Shown: positions 1 through 12,000, counted from the stretch's first letter. The stretch is 64,000 nucleotides of DNA from Sarea resinae (GCA_026026165.1 JAPEUD010000040.1:1-64000), one strand, 5' to 3'. Numbers and translations are program-made. The notes: a model not told the origin generated them from the letters alone.

Positions 1-123
1 CCCTAACCCTAACCCTAACCCTAACCCTAACCCTAACCCTAACCCTAACCCTAACCCTAACCCTAACCCTAACCCTAACCCTAACCCTAACCCTAACCCT
101 AACCCTAACCCTAACCCTAACCC
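1..123. repeat. Telomeric repeat (CCCTAA)n, chromosome end
   Basis: 20 perfect CCCTAA units plus CCC starting at base 1; canonical TTAGGG telomere of filamentous ascomycetes. Confidence 0.99.
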
Positions 124-1955
124 TTGATGACAGAAGTGATGAAGTTGATGAGAAATAGCACTTCTCCTTATGTAGAAGAAAGTTGCTGATGATGTAGGTG
201 GTAAGTTTGAATTGCATGGCGGAACCAGGCACGCAAGATTCAGGCGGAAGGTACGTACCTTATTGAACAGTCAATAACATTCACCGCAAGGTACGTACCT
301 TATTGACCAGCCAATAACACTGACCGAGGTACGTACCTTACAGTGAATGTTTACCTTAATATCACACAGGTCTACTACTCAATTCAACCTTACCACCTAT
401 ATCATCAGCAACCTTCTCCTATAGCAGGAGGATTGCTCTCTCTTATCAACTTTGTCACTTCTGTCATTAAACTAACAAGACTTAATAAACTTTATCACTT
501 CTATCATTAGCATCATTAAGATTTCTCTCTTAGTGCTCTTTAAGTTTTTAGGTTAAGGTGAGTTTAAGAACTACTGCTTAGTAGTAACACATTTAGGTAA
601 CATTTGAGACTGCAAAGGCACGCAGCTAATTCTTCCTAAATACAGACAACTCTCTAGATTCTTTCTTTAATATCAGCTATAGATTCTCCTTCAGCACTCT
701 CTACACTACACTCTCACTCTCTTAACATAATCATAGTCACTTATACAGTAATTTATGCTTTCCTACCTCTACTAGTAACACTTAATAGTAACATTTTACT
801 AGACAATAGCTTGTACTAACTGTACTACCTGCAAGACTGTCCCTAGTACTAGTAGGAAAGGAAAAGGAAAAGGCAAGGGAATGTCTGCTGCTAAGGCTTA
901 TCGTGTTACTAGTGGCAAATCCCTACGCAAGAACTTAGCTAGTATAGCAGCACGCAAAGGTCGTCTTGCTACTAGATAACGCTTCACTACTAGCACATAT
1001 GCTTAACGCTAAAAGGCCTACAAAGATGCTATAAAATCATAGGTTTGTAAGGATACTGCATTTCGTGGTTGTAGTGAGGTTTATAGTGTGCCTAAACTAA
1101 TCCAACCCTGTCGCACTTGTCTAGGCAGTAAGTCTTAGTCTCTAAACTCTAAGGGTAACACATTATAGTAACATTTTAACACTACAGCATCTGCACTCTG
1201 TGAAATCAAGAGATTGCAAAAGTCTTTTGATTTAGTCATTCTAAAGCTCCCTTTCTAGCGCCTGGTCCGCGAGGTTACATCTTATCACTACTACCTCTCT
1301 AGAGAGCTCTGTTTCTAGTTATCAGCTATGCATGCCTTATAAGAAGCCACTGAGGCTTTTATAGTTAGGTTCTTTAAAAGTGAGTTTTTCTATCTTGTCT
1401 TCTATCCTATACTTATTATTTCTAGATGTGCTTTAGGCCTGCATTTATCAGAACTGTGTGACTATCAATCACAAAGACACTTAGTTTATTAAGGCCTTAA
1501 TAAAGGGCTTTAGTATCTAGATCTCTAGTAACATATAGGTCAAGTTTCTATAGCATTAGCTCTAAGGTTTTACTAGTCCTAGTAGTGCAATTAGGGATGC
1601 AATTAGAGATGCAGTCAGGGATGCAATTAGGGCTTTTCTAGTCTTCTAGTCTAGTTTTTCTCTGCCTTTTAGCATTTTCACTCTCTACTTTACTTAGTCT
1701 ACAATAAAGACTTAATAGACTTAGTAACACATATAGGTAACATTCCTAGAGTAATAGCGGCTTTTTAATGCTCTATAAAACATGCCCTGCAATCTATGCT
1801 ATTTTAGCCACTATTTTCATGTCATGTGACAGGTACCTAGGCCTACCTACTAGGTCCTATTAGGCAGGTTGATTAGGGCATAGGTACCTAATACCTATGC
1901 CTAGGCAGGTTCTTCTACCCCTACCCGCCTAGTAGGTACCTAAGTAGACAGCCTA
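124..1955 (-). mobile_element. Telomere-truncated inverted copy of the H3-carrying hAT transposon (left 1,832 bp only)
   Basis: Reverse complement of 5093-6924 (matched positions sum to 7048 at both ends). TIR ACCTAAGTAGACAGCCTA at 1938-1955. The differences I checked between copies are C/T or G/A transitions. Confidence 0.95.
806..1520 (+). pseudogene. Histone H3-like gene, RIP-inactivated (copy 1), 3 exons
   Basis: Exons 806-1127, 1188-1379 and 1426-~1520; introns gtaagt..ctacag (1128-1187) and gtgagt..ttctag (1380-1425). Literal translation includes ALCEIKRLQKS, KLPF*RLVRE, LCF*LSAMHAL*EATEAF and NCVTINHKDT, matching the H3 histone fold after reversing C>T/G>A changes. 3' end approximate. 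Confidence 0.9.
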
Positions 1956-4900
1956 AGTAGAAAGTAGCTCTAACTAAAGCCTAGCAACTTAGAAAGGTTA
2001 AGCAAGCTAGAGTAGTACTAACTATAGAAGATAATTTATTAAGTAGTATAGAAAGGCAACTACCTAAGGGTTAGAGAGTTAGAGGTCAAGCTATATAGTA
2101 TAAGATATAATCTTTTACTACTATTATATAGGCTTAATCTTACTCTCTAGAGACCTAACTATAACTGTATACTTTCTACTAGCTAGGCTAGCTAATTAGC
2201 AATATATACACACTAGGTAGTTAGTATACACCTCTTTAGAGTTTTACTAGCCTAGCTAGCTAAATAGCTAGCAAGTAAAGCAAGTGCAATATCTAAAGAG
2301 TCTTATCTTCTTAGACTATCTAGAAGTTTAATTATTAAATAGCTGTATTATTAAGGATTGTAACTAGTAATACAGTTAGAGTGCTTACTACTATAGCCTA
2401 CTTAGAGGTGCTACTAGAGGTTACCTAGGGCGCGCTTAATTAGTCTGTTAGTAGCGCTTCTATAGTAGGGCCTAACTCTAAGTAGGTAGAAAAAAAGTAG
2501 CTATACTACTATTAGTTACCTAGAGGTTGTATAATGCAAGTAGAGTTACTTAAAGAGAGAGAGAGAGAGAGCGCACTTGCTTAGTAGCTAGGTCGCTTGC
2601 TTAGTCAGTCGCTTAGTCGCGATACAGTTAGAGTATAAGTTAAAAGTAGCTCTAACTACTATTAAGCGACTCTAAAGAGGTTTAGCAAGCTAGAACAGTA
2701 TTAATAGTAAGAGATAATTAATTAAGTTATATAGAAAGGTAGCTTTCTAGAGGTTAGAGGTTAGGCTAGCAGTATTAGAAGGCGATTTCAATAGTTTTCT
2801 AGCTTGCTTAATCCTACTACCTTAATCCTGCTATGCTTTTTCGTTCTGCTAGCTAGGCTAGCTAATTATAAGGTAAGTAGTTAGAGTATATACTTAGTAT
2901 ATCTCTTTAATCCTAGCAGGATTACAGCCTGCAATACAGTTAGGAATATTTATTTAAGAAGTTATTTAAATACATAGCATCCTAGATTTAATAGTCTTAG
3001 ACTATAGATTGCTGTTTACCTCTTAATTCTAGACTTCTTTCTACTTTTACCTATAAGTTTAGTAAGACCTTAGTATAGCGTTCTACTTGTAAATAGATAG
3101 ACAAACTAAACAATAAAATTAAATATTAGAAGCATACCTTTAAGCGTTTATAAATAGAGCATAGGATAATTAGGCCTAATTACTCTTACTTACTAAATTT
3201 ACATATAATAATTCTAAATATTTAGCGACTAAAATAACTCTCTTTATAGCAACAAATAAGAGACACCTGCAAATAGAATTCTAAATGCAAAACCACCTAT
3301 ATAAATCAGCAATAGAGACAGCCTATACTGCTAAAATAAATAACATATATAAACACTTAAAACAAAGAATAAAAAAGGTTAACAAATAGTACACTAAATA
3401 ATACAACAAAGGTTACAAATTATACAAATACAAACTAGGTAAATATATTTAGCTAGATATATAAAACATATAGATATAACAACTAGCTATAAAATTACAA
3501 GCAAGGCAAATAGGACTATATATTATTACTAAGAAAATTAGCAAACAGGCTTATAAACTACAGTTACTTAAATAGTTCTAAATCTATAATGTCTTTAATA
3601 TATAACTGCTTAAACTATATATAAGTAGACTAAACTAGAATTATACAGATAAATAGCAGTAGAATAAAGAAGATACTGCTAACTCTAACAAACTATTTAA
3701 CATTAAAGCTATACTAAATAGCTGCATTTAAAAAAACATCTTAGAATACTAAGTAAAATAGCTTAATTACTCTAAATAAAAAAGCATATAAAAAGAGGCT
3801 AGAAGTGTAAACTACCTTAAAGAACTACTCTATAAATTTCACTATAAACACTCTATAAAAGCATTAAAATCTATAAACCTAAGACAAATAAAAAAACCTA
3901 GTTAAGCCTAACTACCTATATAAAAGAAGAAAAACAGGAACAAACTATATAAAGAAGTAACTACTAGCGTGTATACTAATAGAGAATTAACTTTACATTA
4001 TAATTAATCTAATAAACCCTAGCCTAGTGCTTAACAAATATAAGGTTAGTGTGTATATCTTACACAAACTTAATAAGATTATAAACATTGTCTTACACTA
4101 TATTAATAGCGCTCTAAACAATCTCTAACTTAACTTAGGCAGCTAACTAATCCTAAACAATCTGCTTATAAAGGCTCTTAATCTTATCTCTTAAAAGCCT
4201 AATTTTAGCAAACAGCTATAAGTTGTTATAACTTATATAGTAATTTGCACTAGTAATAGAATTAGTAACAAGCACAACTAAACTATATAGAGAAGAGGTG
4301 TAAGATAAAGAGTTAGATAATATAAGAGATAAAAAAGACAGATCCTATAAAAAGAGCAGAGGTAAACTAGTAAGACTTAACTATAGTAGTAAAGCTGTAA
4401 AAACCCTAGGAGAATTAGGTAGAGGCAACTAAGGCGAATCACTAGCAGGCAAATACAGTAGTAATAATAATAAAGAAAACAATCTAACTATAATAGCTAA
4501 TAGCCTATTAGTAAAGCGCTAACTAATAAGTAGATTGTTTAGATCTAAGTTAATATAATTTAGACTAAAAGAGTCTAGCAAAGGCACTAGCACACTACAC
4601 CTACTACTTATAACAATTAATAAAGCTATATAAAAAAAGAAAGTAAGAAAAACATATAGAGAAAATAAGAGATACTTAAATAGGCTAACTTAGAAACAAA
4701 ACAAGCAAATAAACAGATCCTAGCTATAATAACAGAAAAAAGAAAGAGAACTTATAATCTACACTACCTAAGAACAACTTAGCCTATAGCTATACACTAG
4801 GCGAATTTAAACAAAGAGAGCAATAAATATAACAAGCTAAATAGTAAAGCAATAGACTAGAAAGTAAAGAGTCTAAATCTATATTGCTATAGCAACTAGT

Positions 4901-5092
4901 ATAAACATAACTATAAATAAGCCTAAGCAACAATAAAATATCTAATAAACTAGTCACTTACTATTTAGACTTCTAACTAGTTTAGATAATTAGCTAGTTT
5001 AGTGTAATAAGGAGCGCAACTATAGGACTAGGTGTAGAAAGAGCAGTAAGAATAGCAAGTAGTATAATAATAGTAGAGGTAGTAGGTAAAGC
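1956..5092 (+). mobile_element. RIP-degraded Ty3/Gypsy (chromovirus) LTR retrotransposon relic; integrase, GPY/F and chromodomain at ~3050-3870
   Basis: After de-RIP, ~3075-3150 reads like the integrase core motif AFHPQTDGQTERQNQ.LE.YLR; ~3510-3570 reads IGPY.I...IGKQAYKLQLP; ~3695-3800 reads like a chromodomain (F.IEAILDSR..LEY.VKW). Extreme TpA enrichment. LTRs not resolved, and flanking parts may belong to other repeats. Confidence 0.75.
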
Positions 5093-5110
5093 TAGGCTGT
5101 CTACTTAGGT
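5085..5110. repeat. Left 8-bp TSD (5085-5092) and left 18-bp TIR (5093-5110)
   Basis: GGTAAAGC followed by TAGGCTGTCTACTTAGGT. Confidence 0.95.
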
Positions 5111-5527
5111 ACCTACTAGGCAGGTAGGGGTAGAAGAACCTGCCTAGGCATAGGTATTAGGTACCTATGCCCTAATCAACCTGCCTGACAGGACCTAGTA
5201 GGTAGGCCTAGGTACCTGTCACGTGACATGAAAATAGTGGCTAAAATAGCATAGATTGCAGGGCATGTTTCATAGAGCATTAAAAAGCCGCTATTACTCT
5301 AGGAATGTTACCTATATGTGTTACTAAGTCTATTAAGTCTTTATTGTAGACTAAGTAAAGTAGAGAGTGAAAATGCTAAAAGGCAGAGAAAAACTAGACT
5401 AGAAGACTAGAAAAGCCCTAATTGCATCCCTGACTGCATCTCTAATTGCATCCCTAATTGCACTACTAGGACTAGTAAAACCTTAGAGCTAATGCTATAG
5501 AAACTTGACCTATATGTTACTAGAGAT

Positions 5528-6242
5528 CTAGATACTAAAGCCCTTTATTAAGGCCTTAATAAACTAAGTGTCTTTGTGATTGATAGTCACACAGTTCTGA
5601 TAAATGCAGGCCTAAAGCACATCTAGAAATAATAAGTATAGGATAGAAGATAAGATAGAAAAACTCACTTTTAAAGAACCTAACTATAAAAGCCTTAGTG
5701 GCTTCTTGCAAGGCATGCATAGCTAATGACTAGAAACAGAGCTCTCTAAGGAGGTAGCAGTGATAAGATGTAACCTCGCGGACCAGGCGCTAGAAAGGGA
5801 GCTTTAGAATGACTAAATCAAAAGACTTTTGCAATCTCTTGATTTCACAGAGTGCAGATGCTGTGGTGTTAAAATGTTACTATAATGTGTTACCCTTAGA
5901 GTTTAGAGACTAAGACTTACTGCCTAGACAAGTGCAACAGGGTTGGATTAGTTTAGGCACACTATAAACCTTACTACAACCACGAAATGCAGTATCCTCA
6001 CGAACCTATGATTTCATAGCATCTTTATAGGCCTTTTAGCGTTAAGCATATGTGCTAGTAGTGAAGCGTTGTCTAGTAGCAAGACGACCTTTGCGTGCTG
6101 CTATGCTAGCTAAGTTCTTGCGTGGGGATTTGCCACTAGTAACACAATAAGCCTTAGCAGCAGACATTCCCTTGCCTTTTCCTTTTCCTTTCCTACTAGT
6201 ACTAGAGACAGTCTTGCAGGCGGTACAGTTAGTACAAGCTAT
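5528..6242 (-). pseudogene. Histone H3-like gene, RIP-inactivated (copy 2, inside the full element)
   Basis: Mirror of 806-1520. Retains ancestral codons lost in copy 1 (ACC GCC = T-A of TARK; TTG CAA = L-Q of ALQEA), which supports the de-RIP reading. Confidence 0.9.
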
Positions 6243-6523
6243 TGTCTAGTAAAATGTTACTATTAAGTGTTACTAGTAGAGGTAGGAAAGCATAAATTAC
6301 TGTATAAGTGACTATAATTATGTTAAGAGAGTGAGAGTGTAGTGTAGAGAGTGCTGAAGGAGAATCTGTAGCTGATATTAAAGAAAGAATCTAGAGAGTT
6401 GTCTGTATTTAGGAAGAATTAGCTGCGTGCCTTTGCAGTCTCAAATGTTACCTAAATGTGTTACTACTAAGCAGTAGTTCTTAAACTCACCTTAACCTAA
6501 AAACTCAAAGAGCACTAAGAGAG

Positions 6524-6938
6524 AAATCTTGATGATGCTAATAACAGAAGTGATAAAGTTCATTAAGTCTTGTCAGTTTAATAACAGAAGTGACAAAGTT
6601 AATAAGAGAGAGCAATCCTCCTGCTATAGGAGAAGGTTGCTAATAATGTAGGTGGTAAGGTTGAATTAAGTAGTAGACCTATGTGATATTAAGGTAAACA
6701 TTCACTGTAAGGTATATACCTTAGTCAGTGTTATTAGCTGGTCAATAAGGTACGTACCTTGCAGTGAATGTTATTGACTGTTTAATAAGGTACGTACCTT
6801 CCGCCTGAATCTTGCGTGCCTAGTTCTGCTATGCAATTCAAACTTACTACCTATATTATCAGCAACTTTCTTCTACATAAGGAGAAGTGCTATTTCTTAT
6901 CAACTTTATCACTTCTGTTATTAATATCATTAAGATTT
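6524..6938. promoter_or_regulatory. Imperfect palindrome enclosing ~40-bp tandem units with AAGGTACGTACCTT palindromes; probable bidirectional promoter between the H3-like gene and cargo gene 2
   Basis: 91-bp inverted arms at 6578-6668 and 6834-6924 (124-214 and 380-470 in copy 1). Palindromes at 248-261, 288-301 and 327-338 in copy 1. Promoter role inferred from position only. Confidence 0.55.
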
Positions 6939-6996
6939 CATTAATTTCATTAATCCTATCAACTTCCTAACTGTTTAGGCAGTAGAAAGTGATAAG

Positions 6997-8807
6997 ATAG
7001 CTGGCTAATTACTCTCTAAATCACTTACATCCTCTATAAGCTCCTCTTAGGACAAGGTAGCTATAGAGAATACTGTTATTATAAAGAAGAGGTGAGTTTT
7101 AAACCTCTAAGTGAGATAACAATGAGGTGAAACTGACTTCTTCCTAGAAACTATAGTCTAAGGGCTTAGACTTAAGGGTAACACATTTAGGTAACATTAG
7201 TACTACAAAAGGCTTATATTAGTGCAGAAAACGCTAAAAGCTTAAGAAAGCTAAATCAACTACAACTGATCTAAATCTAGGGCTAGAAAAACACAAAGAC
7301 AATAGCTAACTGCGTATAGATCTTAACAATAGTATTAACAACTCTATATATAGAAGCAACAATTAGAAAGGAAGTGATTATGAGCAGACAGCTAGTGAGG
7401 CTAGGTAACACATTTAGGTAACACTTTTTCTCTCTAAATATCTGCTGACAGTGCTACTATAGTGATAAGAGCAGTGATAAGGTAGAAATAGTGTCTGTAG
7501 CAAAGAAGACAAAGGCAAAGTTCTTACACAAGGTTAGAAACAAATATAAGAAGCAGAAGCAGTAACACATTTCAGTAACAATTCTAAACACAGAGCTAAT
7601 AAAGCAATAGGACTATATCTTAGGCACAGAAGAAAAAGAGGACTGACCTTAATGATAAGGTAGAGAGCTCAGACTCACCTGCTCTAAGAAAGAGACAGCC
7701 TAAGAGAGCATTTGACACAGAGATAGCTAGCCTAGTAGAACGTGTAAAAGCCTGCCTACAAAGACGTTATGCTAGTGAGTTAAGGCCTAGGATAGTTCCC
7801 TACAGCAAACAACAACAGATTGCTAGAGCGCAGCTTAAAGAGGCAAAGTCTAAAGCATTAGAGTTAGAGCTAGATAGCAAACTCAGCGATACTAAGTTTA
7901 AGAAGACACTGAAAAAAGCAGATAGAGCAGATAGGAAAGCAAAATCCACTCTAAGAGGCAAACTCTGTCGCGAGAATAGTTATGCTAGTATAACAGCAGC
8001 ATAACAGCAAGACTTTAAGGAGACTGTTATAGACCCTAAAATAGACAAACTAATAGAACGCCGCTTTTTCCTCTACTAGTCTGCTAAGTGGGTTACTATA
8101 CAGCAGCAAAAGGCTATTAAGGCAGAGAAAGCAAAGGCTAAGGACAACAAGCAGACAGTTAAGGATGTTGTTAATATCTTGCTACTTAAAGACAATAGAG
8201 ATAGCTAACCTAATAGTGGTGCTAATCCTAAGGTAACACTTTTAGGTAACATTTCTTTGCAGCATCTGTCTAATTAGTTTAGCAAGGACAAAATTCAGAT
8301 GAGCCTAACTTGTTATTTAGAGCATAGGGCAAACGCATTAGAAGTCGCTTGCTAAAAGTGGTTCGCCGCTATAAGAGAGACATCTACCGCTATAGCTATA
8401 ATGATCTAGTAGAAGCTAGTGATCTCTATCTAACAGAAGCGATGTTAGAGTTTGTAGAGCAGGTTAAGGACCGCGCAACACTCTCTAACAGTGACACAGA
8501 GGCTAGGACTGATTTTGCTAGGTTTAGCAATTTAGAAGCAGAAGTGTTTCTATTATCTAATAAGGATATTGACCTAATCTCAAGTGATAAGGAAGACTTT
8601 GTGCTGCTGACTATAGGAGAGAAAACTCAGCTAGAGGACATTTCTAAAGGAGAGGACTCTGCTATTGCTAGGTCTGCTATAGAGAAGGCTCTGCTAACAA
8701 CAGCTAAGAATGTTCCTATCAATGCAGAGAGGAGTAAGGATGACTCTGCTAACAATGCTAAAGAGAAGGACTTAAGTTCTAGTGCTGCTAAGGATAGCAA
8801 TAAGTAG
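6997..8807 (+). pseudogene. Cargo gene 2 of the hAT element: multi-intron, charged/acidic protein of unknown family, RIP-inactivated
   Basis: Purine-rich coding-like sequence; intron-like segments starting at 7093 (gtgagt), 7405, 7562 and 8233 (gtaaca) with branch sites and AG ends; residual open 152-aa ORF at 8349-8807; start inferred from ATA (ex-ATG) at 6997. Confidence 0.6.
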
Positions 8808-9191
8808 AGGGCAGTTATAGCCGAGTGGCTTTTCCTTATTAGTCTGTGTCTGCCTAAGGGTAGGTTTTCACTTTTTCTCTAGAATTTAGTTTACTAAAAA
8901 GGTAACACTTACTAGTAACATTGCGTACTTTAATCACGTTAGGAATGCACATTCTCTTAATTAAATTTTAGCTGTATAAACTCTCTGCTATAACTCTAGT
9001 AGACAGCTGTATTGTATTACTCTCTATGTAGTCTCCCTGCTGTGTTTCTTTAGCGATACTAAACCTAGCAACCTTTGATGTCGACATTTAAGCAAATACT
9101 TCTCTAGTTAAGGGCACTTCTAACGTCTTCACTCTGCTGTACGTTCTAAGGCCTTCTGCACTTTCTTATCACTCTAAATTTCTTCTTTACA

Positions 9192-12000
9192 ATGTCTAAT
9201 TCGTTTCAAACATCAGACTATAAGGAACTTAAGGATAGTACACAAAGATCTACAGCTATTGAGTCTAAACCTACAACTATTACTTTAACTTTGATTCACT
9301 ATGTTCTAGAGGTGTTACAAAGGGATCCTACACAGCGAATAGTTATCTAGCAGCAATTATATCATGCTACTTTTATCTTCTAGTAGGAGCAGACCGCCTA
9401 TGCAGATATAGGTCAATATAGAAGCCCTTAATAGGATTCTAGGACGCAGAAAAGCACAACCTAGTCTTTCTTCTACTAAGTTGCTGATGTTGCAACTAGC
9501 TGCCTAGAGATAATGTGTTAGCGATGCAGACGTCAGCAAGAGCATCCTAGTCTTAAGAGGACTAGCACTTCTTTAATGAAACAGCACTATAGCTCTCTAG
9601 AGTGTGCTTAGTCTCTTGCAGCAGGCACAATGCGCACACTTAAGGCTCTTTAGACTATAGTAAGATATCGCTATATGTAATAGATCTCTTAAACTAATAC
9701 CTCTATCCTTGGTGCTAGCAACGTACTTTAGCAATAAAGGCTCTCTAAACCTCAGAGCTATTCTCTTAGTTAAGCTAGCAACGCCTTCTCCTTAAGATAA
9801 TTCTATCAGCAAATCTTCTATAGCGGATTATAGAAAACCACTGGTTCTAACAATGCTTCCTTCTTTGCTAGCTAGGCCTTCGAATTCCAGGGCGACAATA
9901 GGTTTATAATAGCATTTATAATCGATATACAGAGATCTTACTAAGGATCCTACAGAGACTAGGCCTAGAAACTAAAATTTCTATCGCACTAGATGCATAG
10001 CAGAGTCTAAATAAGATCTCCTTTCTTTCTATAATAGGGTATTTCATTGACAAGGACTAGAATTACTAGGAAGTCCTCCTAGGGTTTGAAAAGATAACTA
10101 GAGAGCACTCTAGTCGCAATATAGCTACGTTACTACTTGATCGACTTTAGTGTTTCAATATTTAGGTTTGTCTTTAACCTTTATAGTAACGCTTTTAGGT
10201 AACATTACATTGTAGGATCGCATATTAGCTGTGACAACAGATAACGCAGGCAACAACAACACAATGCGTTAAGAGCTAATAAGCCTACTTGCTAATCACT
10301 ATCAGATTGTATAGGATCATAAGGTTGCTTGTGTGCCTTGCCTTGCGTATGTCATTCAGCTTGCAGTCGTTGCTTTTAATAAGTGCCTAAGAATTACTGC
10401 TTTGAACAAGTCTATACAAGATACCTAGTCAGATGCAGACTAAGAGCTTCTTTAGCAGCTTCCTTCTGAAGACTCCTTTAGCAGCACGCTGCAAAAGGTA
10501 AGTTCTAACAGCCCTTGTCTATTACTACCTCTAAAGTTTCTAGATTCGTGCACTTGCTGTCTATATCGCTGCTTTATCACAGCGAACTGCGCGCTTTTGT
10601 GATCTGCAGCTAACGCTAGTCAATATGATCTAAGATGTTAAAACTCAATAGAACTCAACATATAATATGCTGAAGCAGGCCTAGCAGCTGCGAGATGCCC
10701 TTTAGATGTTTCTTGTTAGTGAAACTAGTCCTGCAATACGTAGAGCTTGTGTCTCTCCTACTAGTTAGGACTATATTCGCTATCTGATTGTCTTACTAAA
10801 GCTATTTAATGATTAGACAAGAGCTATGTCTTAGACTAAAGGCGTAACTATCTACAAGACCTAGTTTGTATACTCTTAGATTTTTAAGCACTTAGAGAAG
10901 CATCTAACTAAGATGCGGCCTAAGCAGACACCCTAGAAACAGGAGCTTACTTCTGCTATAGAAGCAGCAAAGACAAAGCTCTCTAAGTACTACTAAGATA
11001 CTAAAGGCGTACGTAGGAGAATGTTCAATCTAGTATGCATCCTTAATCCCTTAACAAGGCTTAATCTATATAAAGTATGTTACCTAAATCTGTTACTCTT
11101 ACCTTGTCCCCTAGGAATATTTTGCTAATTGCTAAGAAGTCTAATGACTAGGGCCATGAATATTTGCGAAAGTACCGGCGCGAATTTAAGGACTATTATT
11201 AATTGCATTATGCAAGAACTAAAGTTGCCTCCTTAGATGTTGCTGCACTCTCTGTATTAGCATTAGATGTCAATTCACTTGCATAGGCTAAGACGCTTTA
11301 GAAACAATATCGCTCTGTTACAGATCTAGTCTGTTAGTATCTATCTTCGCTAGCTACAGACTACAAAGATCTCTTGCAGGTAACACTTTCAGGTAACATT
11401 TCTGTGTGCAGATGCTGACCTTCTACTAGTTCTAGCGATCACACTACTAGCCCTCGCTTAAACAAATAGCAAAAGACATTCTTGCTATACCTAGAGCTGC
11501 TGTTAGTGTTAAAAGGACTTTCAATAAGGCACAAGACCTTATTACCTTTTGTCGAAGCCGCCTTTCAGCAGAAACCGTTTAGAACACTATAGTTGTGAAG
11601 CACTTTGATCGCGATAAACTCTGCTTACATATAGGTGAAGGTGAATCTAAGAGTATTTCTAAGGACAGTGATTATTAACACACGCTATCAGCTGAATTTA
11701 ATGATTATTTACTTGTTATTAGTGATAATGATAAGCTAATCTTAGTCAATAGTGAGCCTGCGCTACAGGATGATACAGACCTGTATAGGTTTTCTAGTGA
11801 TAAGCACTCTTTACTGCTTCTACCTCTACCTACAGTGCAGCGAGATACACCTGCTCTATAGCAGCAGTCTTTGCTTTAACGCTCTAGGCACGACAATTCT
11901 CAATCTATATTGTCTTAAAGAAAGCGCCCGCGTTCAACTGTGGATGATTTATTTGTCAGGTTAAAGGCACAGAGGTACTCTTCTAGAACTAGTCTATTTC
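9192..12000 (+). pseudogene. hAT transposase (BED-type finger, DDE domain, C-terminal dimerization domain), RIP-inactivated
   Basis: De-RIP motifs: CxxC..H finger at ~9515-9605; IALDAWQS at ~9985; GYFIDKDWNYREVLLGF at ~10040; VTTDNAGNN at 10231; CLAHVIQL at ~10340; DVKTRWNSTY at 10634; AIPG..VSVERTF and RSRLSAETV at ~11485-11580. Ends approximate. Confidence 0.93.

Noticed and set aside
241..345. CRISPR-like array (palindromic repeats at ~40-bp period)
   Set aside because: Eukaryotic context, only three units, and the 'spacers' are similar to each other.
806..1520. Host canonical H3 or centromeric CenH3 locus
   Set aside because: Lies inside TIRs, is duplicated with the element and is RIP-inactivated; retains Q68 and F84 unlike typical CenH3 and is far too divergent for canonical H3.
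1585..1632. 12-bp tandem repeat (GATGCAATTAGG x4) as a C-terminal extension of the H3-like protein
   Set aside because: In frame, but separated from the histone fold by several stops that cannot be confidently assigned to RIP.
124..6924. Single giant foldback element with 1.8-kb terminal inverted repeats
   Set aside because: Each arm ends at its own hAT TIR facing the spacer, and one arm belongs to a complete element with a TSD; these are two copies of one transposon.
11752..11964. 70-aa ORF from the track as a separate gene
   Set aside because: Chance open frame within the 3' part of the RIPped transposase.
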